Source: Candidatus Kuenenia stuttgartensis
GTDB lineage: Bacteria; Planctomycetota; Brocadiia; Brocadiales; Brocadiaceae
NCBI RefSeq assembly: GCF_900232105.1
Contig: NZ_LT934425.1
Location: 60,001-92,000, forward strand
Reading direction: 5' to 3'
DNA: 32,000 nucleotides
The position numbers and the translations under genes are program-made. This document shows, piece by piece, positions 18,180 through 27,717 of the stretch (its first letter is position 1; the number at the start of each line of letters is the position of its first letter). Below the pieces are notes generated by a model, which saw only the letters and a list, made by a program, of their open reading frames with translations, was not told the origin of the DNA and did not search any database.

Positions 18180-19300
18180 ATTGTATTGAAAATTAGGTGT
18201 CAATAGCGAAGCAAGTTCTTCTTTATGCTGCGAATGGTTTTTTTGCAAGCAGTCCATTATAGCGTTTTTAAATTTTGCAAACTCTGAATAATACTTTGAA
18301 TATAAGCACTGTTTTTTGACAAATTTCCAAAGCCGCTCAATAAGATTGAGGTTCGGTGAATACGGGGGCAAAAAAACCAACTCAATATGCAACTGTGCTG
18401 CCAGATTCTTAACAACGGTACACTTCTGATAACGGGCATTGTCTAATATGAAGGTAATAGGCATCGCTAAATTTAAACAGGCAGTTTTCCATAGTAAATC
18501 ACAAACACTTTGAGCATCTATGTAAGTCTCATTGGTTATGGTAATCAGTTAATGGGTTATTGCATTCAACGCTCCAAGGACATTCAACCGTTGCCTTCCG
18601 GAAGGCGCTTTGATAAATACACTGGCAAAGCACCAAAGACACCCTAAAAAGGGGCTAACACAAAATGAGCCGCATCAATAAAGAATACGGTTCTTTTCCC
18701 TTCTTCGGCTTCTTTGAGAAAGGGTTCTAACGTTTTTTTTAAAGGCTTCTTGCTCGTCAACATTAACTTTGGAGGGAATTGTGCCTACTTTACGACGGTG
18801 TAAACCAATCTTCTTGAGAAATTTCGCCACTTGTTTTTCACTGCGCTTGAGCCCTGTTAGCTTCTCTATTACGCCAATTGCTTCTTTCATTGTCACGGGT
18901 GGGTGTTCGCGGAAATAATTCTCAATCGTTTGTTTATGCTCGCTGAGTTTACTTTCAGGACGATAAAAATTGATCTCTTTTAATTTCTCTATACCTCCAT
19001 CCTGATATTCTTTGATATACTGGGTAACAACATTAATCGAGATTCCGGTTAATTGTGCTATTTTGTTATACGGCTCTCCTTGACTCTTGAACCACAGCGC
19101 TTCCATCTTTCGTTGCACTCGTGTATGGGGATGATGATATCGTTCATAATTTAATGCTTTTATGTCTTCTTCAGTAAACGCTATTTTTATCATAATCTCC
19201 TCATGGTTCAGGCCAAAAATAACACCTAAAAAAACCATATAATAAAGAATTCCATATATTCGTCCTCTAATACTTATATAGAAATAAAATAGTAAATTTA
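18180..19300 (-). mobile_element. Degenerate IS630-family insertion sequence (transposase in 3 frames plus a stop)
   Basis: The N-terminal HTH part is at 18675-19193 (MIKIAFTEEDIKALNYERYHH...; GAGGAG Shine-Dalgarno). The DDE_3 C-terminus is at 18180-18464 (ILDNARYQK...FLPPYSPNLNLIERLWK). Lesions are a frame change at a T8/A8 run (18732-18739), a frame change at an A5/T5 run (18646-18650), and an in-frame TAA (18549-18551). Terminal repeats were not resolved, so the ends are approximate. Confidence 0.7.
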
Positions 19301-19302
19301 AT

Positions 19303-19760
19303 ATGGTGTCCTCTAAATTCATGTATGGCAAGGAACCACCGGAATGGTTGCTTACAAAGCCTATTCTTTCTCTTTTAGAAACAAAAAATAAGTATCTGGC
19401 ATATAGGAAAATGGTACAAAGTTATTCCAGGGAAGAAACAAAAATATTGGAAGATTTCCGGCATGGTCTTTTTTTGAGTTCCCGGAAGTTGATTGACCGT
19501 ATAAAGTCAAAATATTTGGCAGAGAACTTGATGTTGAAATACCTCAAAAACGGCAAGTATTAAGGGGCACTAACCCTGAAAATATTCACAAGAAAGCCGC
19601 AAAGATTTTAAAATGTGATACAAACAATTTTTTACAATCCGCAAGAGTAAGAGAAGCGAAGGGGGGGGCAAATCTCTATTGTTGACAAATATGTCATTTT
19701 AAAAGATTTGACCCCACAAATGCCACTCATTATAGCAACCTCCTCAATGCATATAGTTAG
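19303..19760 (+). pseudogene. Remnant of a Y1 (IS200/RayT-like, COG1943-type) transposase C-terminal region
   Basis: The plus strand reads ..YGKEPPEWLLTKPILSLLETKNKYLAYRKMVQSY....LIDRIKSKYL.. This resembles the conserved tail (Y.G....P.WL....iL..F......Y..FV ... F...i..ky) of these proteins. The catalytic N-terminus is absent and stops occur further 3'. The assignment is from memory of the family pattern only. Confidence 0.35.
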
Positions 19761-19886
19761 TATCGCCAAAGACTAATAATTTAATTACTTTCTTAGTGAT
19801 TGAGAAGTAATGAAAGTTAAACAAAAAAATGACACTATATACCGGTGTACATAATGCCATTTTATTATGAGGAGATATTGCTTCTG

Positions 19887-20945
19887 TTAATCAATTAATA
19901 CAACTGGCTTTATTAAATCAGCGGGTTTCTCTTTCATTAGCTGTAAAGCCTCTTCTATCTTGTCAAATCCGTAGAATACATGGGTAACTAATTTTCCTGG
20001 ATCTAATCTGCTGTATTTGACCAATTCAATTAATCTTTCCATTCTTACTCTACCGCCAGGAGTTAATCCACCATTAATCGCCTTGTGACCCATTCCTACT
20101 CCCCATGCTTCCCTTGGTATAGGTATGAATTCATCGCCACCAAAGTAGTTAATATTACCAATTGCTCCACCGGCCTTTAGAATTTTTACTGCATCAATAA
20201 GAATGTCACAATTCCCACCAGCTACTATTACTTTATCTGCTCCTCGATTATTAGTCATCTCTAGTACTCGATCTACTACAGATCTCTCTCGATAGTTAAC
20301 TATATCTGTTGCTCCATAGAATTTAGCGGCTTCAATTAAAGCGGGTCTGCTTCCTACACCAACAATTCTTCCTGCCCCCATTAATTGAGCTCCTGCAACT
20401 GACATCAGTCCAACAGGTCCTATTCCTAAAACCACTACTGTATCCCCATATTCTACATTAGCCAATTCCACCCCATGGAAGCCTGTTGTTACCATATCTG
20501 TAAGCATGACTGCTGCTTCTAAAGTAATTCCATCTGGTAAAACAGCTAAATTCATATCCCCATCGTTCACGTGAAAATACTCACTAAATACCCCGTCTTT
20601 AATATTAGAGAACTTCCAGCCAGCCAACATCCCACCTGAATGCTGTCCAAGTCCTGTGTCTTGTAATTCAACACTTCTCCAATCAGGAGTTATAGCAGGT
20701 ACTACCACTCTATCCCCAGGTTTAATATATTTAACCTCGCTACCTACTTCGACTACCTCTCCCACACTTTCATGACCTAACACTAAATTCTTTCTATCTC
20801 CGATAGCACCTTCAATTGTATGTATATCTGAAGTACATGGTGCGAAAGCAATTGGTTTCACAATTGCATCATATGGACCTGCAACTGGTTTTTCTTTCTC
20901 AATCCAACCCACACTACCAATCCCTAACATTGCAAACGCCTTCAT
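19887..20945 (-). CDS. adh: NADP-dependent secondary (isopropanol-type) alcohol dehydrogenase, zinc MDR family
   Basis: 352 aa. Collinear over the full length with the Thermoanaerobacter brockii / Clostridium beijerinckii secondary ADHs as I recall them. Matching blocks: MKxFAMLGI..GWIEKExPVAGxYDAIVxPxAxxPCTSDIHT, LGHExVGEVVEVGSEVK, MLAGWKFSNxKDGVFxEYFHVNDxDMNLAxLP, GIGxVGLMxxAGAxLxGAGRIxGVGSRP, KFYGATDIxNY, LVTHVxxGFDxIEEALxLMKxKPxDLIKxVV. Strong AAGGGGGAA Shine-Dalgarno sequence. Confidence 0.9.
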   Translation of the reverse strand: MKAFAMLGIGSVGWIEKEKPVAGPYDAIVKPIAFAPCTSDIHTIEGAIGDRKNLVLGHESVGEVVEVGSEVKYIKPGDRVVVPAITPDWRSVELQDTGLGQHSGGMLAGWKFSNIKDGVFSEYFHVNDGDMNLAVLPDGITLEAAVMLTDMVTTGFHGVELANVEYGDTVVVLGIGPVGLMSVAGAQLMGAGRIVGVGSRPALIEAAKFYGATDIVNYRERSVVDRVLEMTNNRGADKVIVAGGNCDILIDAVKILKAGGAIGNINYFGGDEFIPIPREAWGVGMGHKAINGGLTPGGRVRMERLIELVKYSRLDPGKLVTHVFYGFDKIEEALQLMKEKPADLIKPVVLID

Positions 20946-21093
20946 TATGATTCCCCCTTGAATAATTAGTTTATATTAATATCCAAAATAGTTTTGATTA
21001 GTATCTATTATAGCTAACTAAAGGGTGAAGGGTATAACTTCTTGAAGAATTTGTCAAGTATGTTTAATCTTTTTTTCACAAACAATTTAGATA

Positions 21094-21261
21094 CTATACC
21101 ACTAAATATTTTGGTGGATTATCACACATGTCATAATGGTTTGGTGATGTCCAGTCTGAGAAAAAACCCTTATCCAAAATATAAATATCCGGTGGCACTT
21201 CATAAACATTTACAAATTCATCTATCGCGATTTCAATATGTTCTTCACAGACCACATACAT
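21094..21261 (-). CDS. Small CxxH/CxxC-family-like protein (Bacillus BA_5709-type)
   Basis: MYVVCEEHIEIAIDEFVNVYEVPPDIYIL...HYDMCDNPPKYLVV. The N-terminal (V/C)CxEH(I/V)E(I/L)A(I/L)DE..... and C-terminal C.NP..Y.V resemble this Firmicute mini-protein family. The second CxxC is degenerate here (YDMC). The ORF extends to 21285, but the family-typical start is the Met at 21261 (GAGGGG upstream). Confidence 0.5.
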   Translation of the reverse strand: MYVVCEEHIEIAIDEFVNVYEVPPDIYILDKGFFSDWTSPNHYDMCDNPPKYLVV

Positions 21262-21369
21262 CCCCTTCACCCCTCTTATCTTCATAATATTTATTTCTTA
21301 GCCCGACTTTACCTAGTTGAGGAAAGAAGAGCACGCAAACTCGCACGGCATAAGGTAGTGAGCACAGTC

Positions 21370-23473
21370 TTAATCCAACTTCGACAAGCAGAAATCGTAT
21401 CTCTTTTATTGCCAATGTGATACGACTTTAGTCCTTCATTTTTCGGCACTACATCTTTGAGTTTTCATGGGTGATTTTATATTTTTTCTGCCTAATGGTG
21501 TATGTTTAATTTGTAGTTTATTGTAAATCGTGTGCTGCTTTTCCGTGGGCGCTGTGCAGGTTCTGACGTCAATAACGCAGCCGTCCTTTGTGTTCATGGT
21601 CGTTGTTACCCTTATATGGGTGGCAAGGATATTACGAATCGTATTCCAATTATAATGAACCCCTGCGGTTCTTAGCTTTTTTAATATCCCGGCAAGTATG
21701 TGATAGGCCAATACAGTGACATGCACGTGGGCAATGGTTGGGGTATCTGTGTGGTGAAAGTTTGGCCGTAAACCAAGGTTGCCTTTCATTGTTTTAAAAC
21801 TTTCCTCAACAGTACTCAACGACCTATGGAGCTTTGATATCTCTTCCCCGCTAAGATCAAGTCGGTTTGTCCGTAATACATACGTGCCTATGGCTTCTTC
21901 CTTTGCTTGCGCCTGAGCATTTTTCTTAAATTTGATATCGGTCGCTTTGCCATCCGTCTGTTCCACTTTGATCGTATATAAATTGCCCACCTTGTAGCGT
22001 TCTTTTAACCGGCCTATCCTCTCTATGATCGTATCATATTTTTTCTGTCTTTTTGGCTTCTCTAATCCTTCTTTTATTGCCGAGAGCGCCTCTTCAAACC
22101 TTTGTTCTTTCAGGGAAAGGATGGACTTCTCTTTTGACTCTTTTGCCTCTTTTGCCTCGCTGTGGCATAAAAGGAATGCCTCTTCTTCAGTACGGACTAA
22201 TTTCATGCCCAACGTTGTTTTCCCGTCTGATAACATAATCTTCTCTTCGTCCGTTTCAGGCCAAAAAGTATCTTCAAAAGATTTCTTGCGCGAGACGACC
22301 ACATATTTATAGCCACTCTTCCTGATAAGCGCAATGTTCTCTTCCGTTGCTATCCCTGCGTCCATAACTATCGTTCTATCATTTGAAAACATACCGTCTT
22401 CTTTTTTTAATCCATCCAAAATATCTTTTAGGGTACCAGGCTCCGACACATTGCCCTCAAAAACCTTGCTCTGCTTGGGAAATCCCTCTTCATCAACGGT
22501 AAGGGATAGCGTAATTAACGGACAATCATTACGGCTCTCTTTTGATTTGTAGCGCCGGGCCACCTTACTCCCTCTTTTGCTACCCTCAAAATAGGTATTT
22601 GTTAAATCATATAAAATCACCGTCTCTTTAAGGGAAAATATCTCTCGCGCCCGCTTTGACAACTCTTGCTCTATGGCGGCATGATTCTCCCAAAGCAAGA
22701 CTGCCGCGCGATGCAGCGCTTTATCATACAGTTTAACCCCTGAGTCCAACAGCTCTCCCGCCCCGCTTGTTTCAGAAAGCCATCGCACGGTATCACGCTC
22801 GCTGCCGGGATGAACCATTCTCCCCACAATGAGCATCTTGGAATAGGCAATCTGGTCATCTGTAAAATCAAGCCCTTGCAATATCTTATCAAACCCGTAT
22901 TCATTCATTTGGCTTATGGCCACGTGTTCGGCGCCTACGGTCTTTGCATCATTTGTTATCAGGGAATTAATATTCACGTGCTCGTATTGAGCAGGTTCTT
23001 CCCCTGCTGATTCACCGCCGGTAATACGTTCTTGCGCCCTGTCCAACCGCTCCTGTCTTATCTGGCTGGCATAATGCCTTGCTTTCGCCTCTATTTCAGG
23101 ATCTTGAGGAAACAACGTTTTTTGATTTGCTAAAAATCCTTCAATGCAATTGGCAAGGGTCTTCCACTTCTCCTCGGGCAGACTAAGCTGCCCAAGGTTT
23201 AAGACTATTTGCTGTCTTGGCCCTGAAGGGGTGCGAATGGATTCGATGAGTTGGTGTTGTATGTAGCTCTTCCCGCCATTCACTTTTTTGATCTTTTCAC
23301 GGATAAACACACCGGTATTTTACCATGTAAGCAATGGCGCCGCAAGCATAAACAATAATATTCAGGCACTACATTAAACGCCGAAAGCAACATTCAACCA
23401 TACCAATAGGTTACGACTATTACATGCTCAATTTCTTGCCTTTTTCAGGATAAATTTGTCGAAGTTGGGTTAA
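21370..23473 (-). mobile_element. Intact IS1634-like (IS4 superfamily) insertion sequence, ~2.1 kb
   Basis: Terminal inverted repeats: TTAATCCAACTTCGACAA (21370-21387) versus the reverse complement of TTGTCGAAGTTGGGTTAA (23456-23473). The last 4 bp (TTAA) are ambiguous with the abutting IS1380 fragment. Single full-length transposase ORF. Confidence 0.75.
21436..23310 (-). CDS. IS1634-family transposase
   Basis: 624 aa. The N-terminus MFIREKIKKVNGGKSYIQHQLIESIRTPSGPRQQIVLNLGQL is typical of IS1634-type transposases. Also present are YDLTNTYFEG (first D region), VMDAGIATEENI (second D) and a C-terminal region with ...RPNFHHT.....HV.V..LAY. Confidence 0.8.
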   Translation of the reverse strand: MFIREKIKKVNGGKSYIQHQLIESIRTPSGPRQQIVLNLGQLSLPEEKWKTLANCIEGFLANQKTLFPQDPEIEAKARHYASQIRQERLDRAQERITGGESAGEEPAQYEHVNINSLITNDAKTVGAEHVAISQMNEYGFDKILQGLDFTDDQIAYSKMLIVGRMVHPGSERDTVRWLSETSGAGELLDSGVKLYDKALHRAAVLLWENHAAIEQELSKRAREIFSLKETVILYDLTNTYFEGSKRGSKVARRYKSKESRNDCPLITLSLTVDEEGFPKQSKVFEGNVSEPGTLKDILDGLKKEDGMFSNDRTIVMDAGIATEENIALIRKSGYKYVVVSRKKSFEDTFWPETDEEKIMLSDGKTTLGMKLVRTEEEAFLLCHSEAKEAKESKEKSILSLKEQRFEEALSAIKEGLEKPKRQKKYDTIIERIGRLKERYKVGNLYTIKVEQTDGKATDIKFKKNAQAQAKEEAIGTYVLRTNRLDLSGEEISKLHRSLSTVEESFKTMKGNLGLRPNFHHTDTPTIAHVHVTVLAYHILAGILKKLRTAGVHYNWNTIRNILATHIRVTTTMNTKDGCVIDVRTCTAPTEKQHTIYNKLQIKHTPLGRKNIKSPMKTQRCSAEK

Positions 23474-24268
23474 CGGTACATGCAGGGCTTTTACCGGTAT
23501 TGAATTTTATGGGTAAGCTGATGTTCCGGGAGAGAGTCCATGAAGCGGTCCATAAGGATCGTGGAGCAAATGCCCGGTATCAGTTTGTCGATGCGGTACA
23601 AATGGTAGTGATAGGGTTGATAGCAGGGGCGACATCGATGGTAGAGGTGATGAAGGTGTGTACAGATGAGGTATTGAAGAAGATGTCCGGGTGGAAAGAG
23701 GTACCTGTAGATACTACGATAGGACGTATTATGAAGCTGGCGAGTCAGGGAGATATAGTGGAACTGACGGGGGTGATCCACCGGTTTAGGGGAAAGATAT
23801 GGAAGCGTGCGGTGAGATCAGGCCATAAACTCAGGAGTGCTCTTTGCGAAGTATGGATAGATGTTGATTCTACCGTAGATGGTGTATATGGGAAACAGGA
23901 GGGTGCAGAGGTAGGATATAATCCGCACAAGAAGGGGCAGAAGGCGTATCATCCCTTAATGGCATTTATTGCAGAAACAAAGGAGGTATTACATAGTTGG
24001 TTCCGCTGTGGAAGCGCCTACACGAGTAACGGAGTAGTAGAGTTCATGAAGGAATGTATGGCGTACATGAATAAGGGGGTAAGGGTGGTATTTCGGGGAG
24101 ACAGCGGTTTTTTTACCGGAGAATTACTTGAATACCTTGAGTCAATATTGGCGGGATATCTGATTAAGGTAAAGCTGAAGAATCTGGAAGGATTGCTTGA
24201 AGGGCAGAAATGGAATGAGGTGAAAGGGGAGCCAGGATGGGAACAGGCTGAATTTTGGTATCGATGTG
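23470..24268 (+). mobile_element. Doubly truncated second copy of the IS1380-family element (799 bp, inverted relative to 7680-8478)
   Basis: Every segment I compared by eye is nucleotide-identical to the reverse complement of 7680-8478. The 260-aa sense ORF and the two antisense ORFs are also identical in the ORF track. It lacks the first ~25 codons and IR (abuts the IS1634-like end) and everything after codon ~291 (abuts the transposon end at 24269). Confidence 0.9.
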
Positions 24269-24603
24269 TGCTACGTCTTAGAATAAATGCTCCAAAAATG
24301 CCCAATTAGTCTCAGAATATTTGAGTCTAATACCCAGCAAATGATTTGAAAAATCTTACCCAGCTACCCCGCCTTTTTTTTATCCTGCGTAAGTATTTCA
24401 CTTGATTTTTTGTTCACGTTAAGAAAAATACATCGTTTACCCCGTTAGAAAGAAGTTCCGTCCGTAAGGCGGAGTAAAGCCTCATTAAATAGTTTGGAAG
24501 GGGTTAAAACCACTTCCAAACTTCCTAACGGCGGTTTACTTCCCAGTTCCCCGTTTTCACGAGGACAAGTTTTGTAAGATTTTTCCGGAACATAAAAAAC
24601 TCA

Positions 24604-24678
24604 GGGCAGGAGGACCGAACGTTGGGAAACTTCATCCTCCTGCCCATTTCCCCCCTATACAAAGGAGGCAGTGCGTGA
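24604..24678 (+). promoter_or_regulatory. Leader hairpin and possible coupled 18-codon uORF upstream of the first transposon gene
   Basis: GGGCAGGAGGA (24604-24614) pairs perfectly with TCCTCCTGCCC (24635-24645). The 5' arm contains an SD-like AGGAGGA 7 nt before TTG (24622). That frame (MGNFILLPISPLYKGGSA) stays open to TGA 24676-24678, which overlaps the GTG start (24675) as GTGA. Confidence 0.3.
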
Positions 24679-25313
24679 ATATTATAGAAAAAATCCACAA
24701 GCATGAAAAGCTTATTGCGACAAAACAGAAGCCATGCTTTTGTCCAAAGTGCAAGAGTACCCATGTCAATTTCACCCTTCATGAATGCAGATATCGGTTG
24801 TTTCACGTTATTATCGACTCCCTTGTTCATACGATAGAATCTTTCCTGGGACGTTGGAAATGTTCCTTGTGCAAGAAGACGTTTACTTCCTATCCTGAGT
24901 ATGCGCTCCCTTACAAGCGGTACGTAAAGGATCACTGTCTCTCCTTCAGTCAGGCTTATGTCAAAGATGATACAGAAACCTACCGGAGTGTCTCCTCTGC
25001 CATCGGATATACTACCCGAACACAGGAAATAGACAACCGCATGCTTGCCTGGTCAACCGTTTGGAGGTGGCTGCGTTTCTTTGGCTCACTGAAATACACA
25101 CTCCGCAACGCCTTTGACCTCATCAGGCAGGCCGACCCCAACTCTCCGGTTTTTCGCCAAATGTTTCCCATTTACCACGGAAAGTATAAAAGCAAACAAC
25201 GAAAAACCTCCCTCGATCAATCGATTCAATTGTTCAGCGCCGAGCCGGAATATCACCGAATTTTTGGGCATTCATTTTTCCCCGAACTGGCAACAAAAAG
25301 CGGCTGGTCTTGA
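24675..25313 (+). CDS. Transposon-encoded zinc-ribbon protein (two CxxC pairs), function unknown
   Basis: 212 aa, GTG start 6 nt after AGGAGG. Contains CFCPKCKS...HEC and CSLCKK, and the C-terminal half is Trp/Arg-rich (WSTVWRWLRFF). It is the first gene of the transposon operon. Confidence 0.6.
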   Translation: MNIIEKIHKHEKLIATKQKPCFCPKCKSTHVNFTLHECRYRLFHVIIDSLVHTIESFLGRWKCSLCKKTFTSYPEYALPYKRYVKDHCLSFSQAYVKDDTETYRSVSSAIGYTTRTQEIDNRMLAWSTVWRWLRFFGSLKYTLRNAFDLIRQADPNSPVFRQMFPIYHGKYKSKQRKTSLDQSIQLFSAEPEYHRIFGHSFFPELATKSGWS

Positions 25314-25351
25314 GTTACAATCACCTCCACACTTAAAAAAGGAGGTGAATT

Positions 25352-26912
25352 ATGAAATCGAAAGACGAAAAATGGGCTTTATTCTGGTGCAATCTTCTGC
25401 ATCCTGTCATCTTCGGTGAGATTGAGAAGGAGCAGACCAACCTTTTTCTGAAAAAACTCTGCCTTCAGGAGGTCGTATTCCCCAACGGAAAGCGGAAAAG
25501 ACCCACTATCTCTACCCTCAGGAGAAAACTCAACCGCTACCGCAAAGATGGATTTCAATCTCTTGCAAGAAAGGCGAGGAGCGACCGTGGCGCATCCAGA
25601 AGGTTTTCTCCTGAAATTATCGACAAAGCCGTTGAACTCAAAAAAGAACAACCACGCCGCAGCGACGATTGCCTCAACCGCTTTCTTGAGAAATACTATG
25701 GGAAAACGATCCCCAAATCCACCCTCTACCGCCATCTCAGACTCGCAGGGGCGACCCGGCTCAAACTCGGCGTCTCACAGCAAAAGGTGCGTATACGCTC
25801 TTAGCCGTGAGCATACCCACGACCTCTGGATTGGCGACTTCCAGGAAGGCCCTTTCGTGCTCGTTGACGGCGAGGCGCTTCCCACAAACCTCTGTCTCTT
25901 TATCGACTGCTACAGCCGTTATGTGGTCGAAGGACGGTATTATCTCAAACAAACCCTCGATATCCTTATCGATTCTCTCATCAGGGCCTGGACTATCCAC
26001 GGCTCGCCCAAAGAACTCTACCTCGACAATGCCAAGGTCTACCACTCTGACGCCCTGCGCTCTGCCTGTTACAACCTCGGCATTAAACTCATCCACAGAC
26101 CACCACGCGACCCTGCTCCCGGCGGACTGGTCGAACGTTTCTTCGGCACCAGCCAGACACAGTTCGAGTCGGAAGTCCGCTCCGGCGACATTATCACCCT
26201 TGATGCCATTAACCAGGCCTTCTCCGCTTACCTTGCCGTTGTCTATCACGCAAGAATCCACTCCGAAACCAATCAATCTCCAAAACAACGCTACGACGAG
26301 GGGCTTACCGTCATCCGACACGTCGATATGGACGCCGCTCTTGCCTTCTTCATGAAACGCATCCCCAGAACCGTTGACAGAACCTTTGCCGATGTCCGCA
26401 TTGATAACCGCTTTTACCGTGTTGACCCCAAACTCAGAGGCGATAAAGTAGAAGTCCGTTACGACCCATACGGCGATCTCAAAAAGGTCTTGATCTATTC
26501 CGCAAACGGTGAATACCTCGGCTCGGGAAATCTCTACCTGCGCGACCAGGGCGCTGAAACTCCAGCCGCCTCACCTTCAAAACCAAAACATAATTACCTC
26601 GACCTTATCACTCAGAAACACAAATCCATTCTCCAGGCTCAGGCCAAAGGCATTGATTACCACCAAATCATCTCCGAACGACCCTGGCCATTCATGGCAT
26701 TCGTCCAGAAACTCGCACTCCTCATGGGACACAAAGGCTCTCTCTCCGCCTTCAGCTCTCATGAACTCGAATCGCTTAAAAAATGCTACAACCGTATCCC
26801 CGCTCTCAACGAATCATTGCTCACGGAGGCATTCCAAAATGCCTCCGTGAAAACCTTACCCTATATCATTCGTGAATTACAAATCGCTTACTCGAAAAAG
26901 GAGGTCTCTTAA
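25352..26912 (+). CDS. Mu/TnsB/TniA-type DDE (rve) transposase, interrupted by a +1 frame change (ORFs 25352-25804 and 25548-26912)
   Basis: The N-terminal HTH region is ..ISTLRRKLNRYRKDGFQSLARKARSDRGASRRF..LKKEQPRRS..STLYRHL. The catalytic core is HDLWIGDF (D), LYLDNAKVYHS (D), GGLVERFFGT (E). The Mu-transposase-C-like beta-barrel region is RTVDRTFADVRIDNRFYRV...VEVRYDPYGDL. The two halves lie in adjacent frames, with the junction near 25785-25804. Confidence 0.8.
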
Positions 26913-26914
26913 CC

Positions 26915-27706
26915 ATGTTTACTTCTCATTTTTCCATGACTACTCAGCCGTTCTCTGAAAGAATCAACACCAGCCTTATCATGAAAGACGAACGCTTTAC
27001 CCAGGGGCTTGCACGACTCCAATACCTCTTACACTCAGGCTCTATCGCCGTCCTCTACGGACAGACGGGAGTCGGAAAATCCACACTCCTCAAACTCTTC
27101 CTCTCACAAATCCCCCAAAACCTGTTTCTCCCCATCTACCTCCATTTTACCCACCTAAAATCATCCAGCCTTCTCTCCTTAATCGTCTCCCAGCTCGGTG
27201 AAATACCAAAACACACCAAAGACCGGCTCTTCCTCCAAATTATGGATAAATCCTTGCGCTCAAATCTCACTCCCATTATCGTTATCGACGAGGCTCATCT
27301 CCTGAAAACCGACGCCATCACAGACCTCAGACTCCTTGTCAGCTCTCCGCTTGATTCTTCCACTCATCTCAAAATCATCCTCTCGGGACAGGAACACCTC
27401 AAATATATCCTCAAAAGAGACATCCATGCCGACTTCGCACAACGCATCTCGGTACATTACCACATTCATCCCCTTACTAAAACTCAAACCGCTGCATACA
27501 TAGACTTCCATCTGAAATCTTCCGGCGCATCCGATAAAATCTTTGACTCAGACGTCAAAGACCTGATCCATGAGTTCTCCGCCGGCATCCCAAGGCAAAT
27601 CAACGCCATTTCCACCGCCTGCCTGATTAACGCTTCCATCAGACAATCACAGAAAATTACCCAGGATATCTTCCATCAGGCTCTTGCTGAAATTCAATCT
27701 TTTTAA
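26915..27706 (+). CDS. AAA+ ATPase, TniB/MuB/ExeA-like transposition helper
   Basis: 263 aa. Walker A YGQTGVGKSTLLK, Walker B IIVIDEAHLL, and a sensor region ILSGQ. Its position immediately after the DDE transposase matches Tn552 / Tn5053 / Mu. Confidence 0.75.
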   Translation: MFTSHFSMTTQPFSERINTSLIMKDERFTQGLARLQYLLHSGSIAVLYGQTGVGKSTLLKLFLSQIPQNLFLPIYLHFTHLKSSSLLSLIVSQLGEIPKHTKDRLFLQIMDKSLRSNLTPIIVIDEAHLLKTDAITDLRLLVSSPLDSSTHLKIILSGQEHLKYILKRDIHADFAQRISVHYHIHPLTKTQTAAYIDFHLKSSGASDKIFDSDVKDLIHEFSAGIPRQINAISTACLINASIRQSQKITQDIFHQALAEIQSF

Positions 27707-27717
27707 GGAGGTCTACC

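Noticed and set aside
18697-18709. 13-nt exact match (tcccttcttcggc) to the 3' end of tRNA-Leu(CAG), which could suggest an attL/attR pair for an integrated element.
   Set aside because: The match is in the opposite orientation to the tRNA gene and lies inside the IS630 transposase coding frame (encoding EAEEGK). It is not accompanied by an integrase. It is most likely chance.
21007-21057. Perfect sigma-70-type hexamers TTGACA (reverse complement of 21052-21057) and TATAAT (reverse complement of 21007-21012) upstream of adh.
   Set aside because: They are ~39 nt apart, far outside the 16-19 nt spacing window, so they are not called as a promoter.
24525-24935. 136-aa minus-strand ORF spanning the transposon leader and the start of its first gene.
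   Set aside because: It runs antisense through the hairpin-rich leader and the better-supported GTG-initiated gene, with no Shine-Dalgarno sequence. It is probably a frame artefact.
25761-26355. Long overlapping ORFs (186 aa minus strand, 182 aa plus strand) inside the transposon transposase gene.
   Set aside because: These are alternative frames of a more G+C-rich coding region with Ser/Thr/Pro/Ala-rich translations, no ribosome-binding sites and no motifs. The DDE frame explains the sequence.
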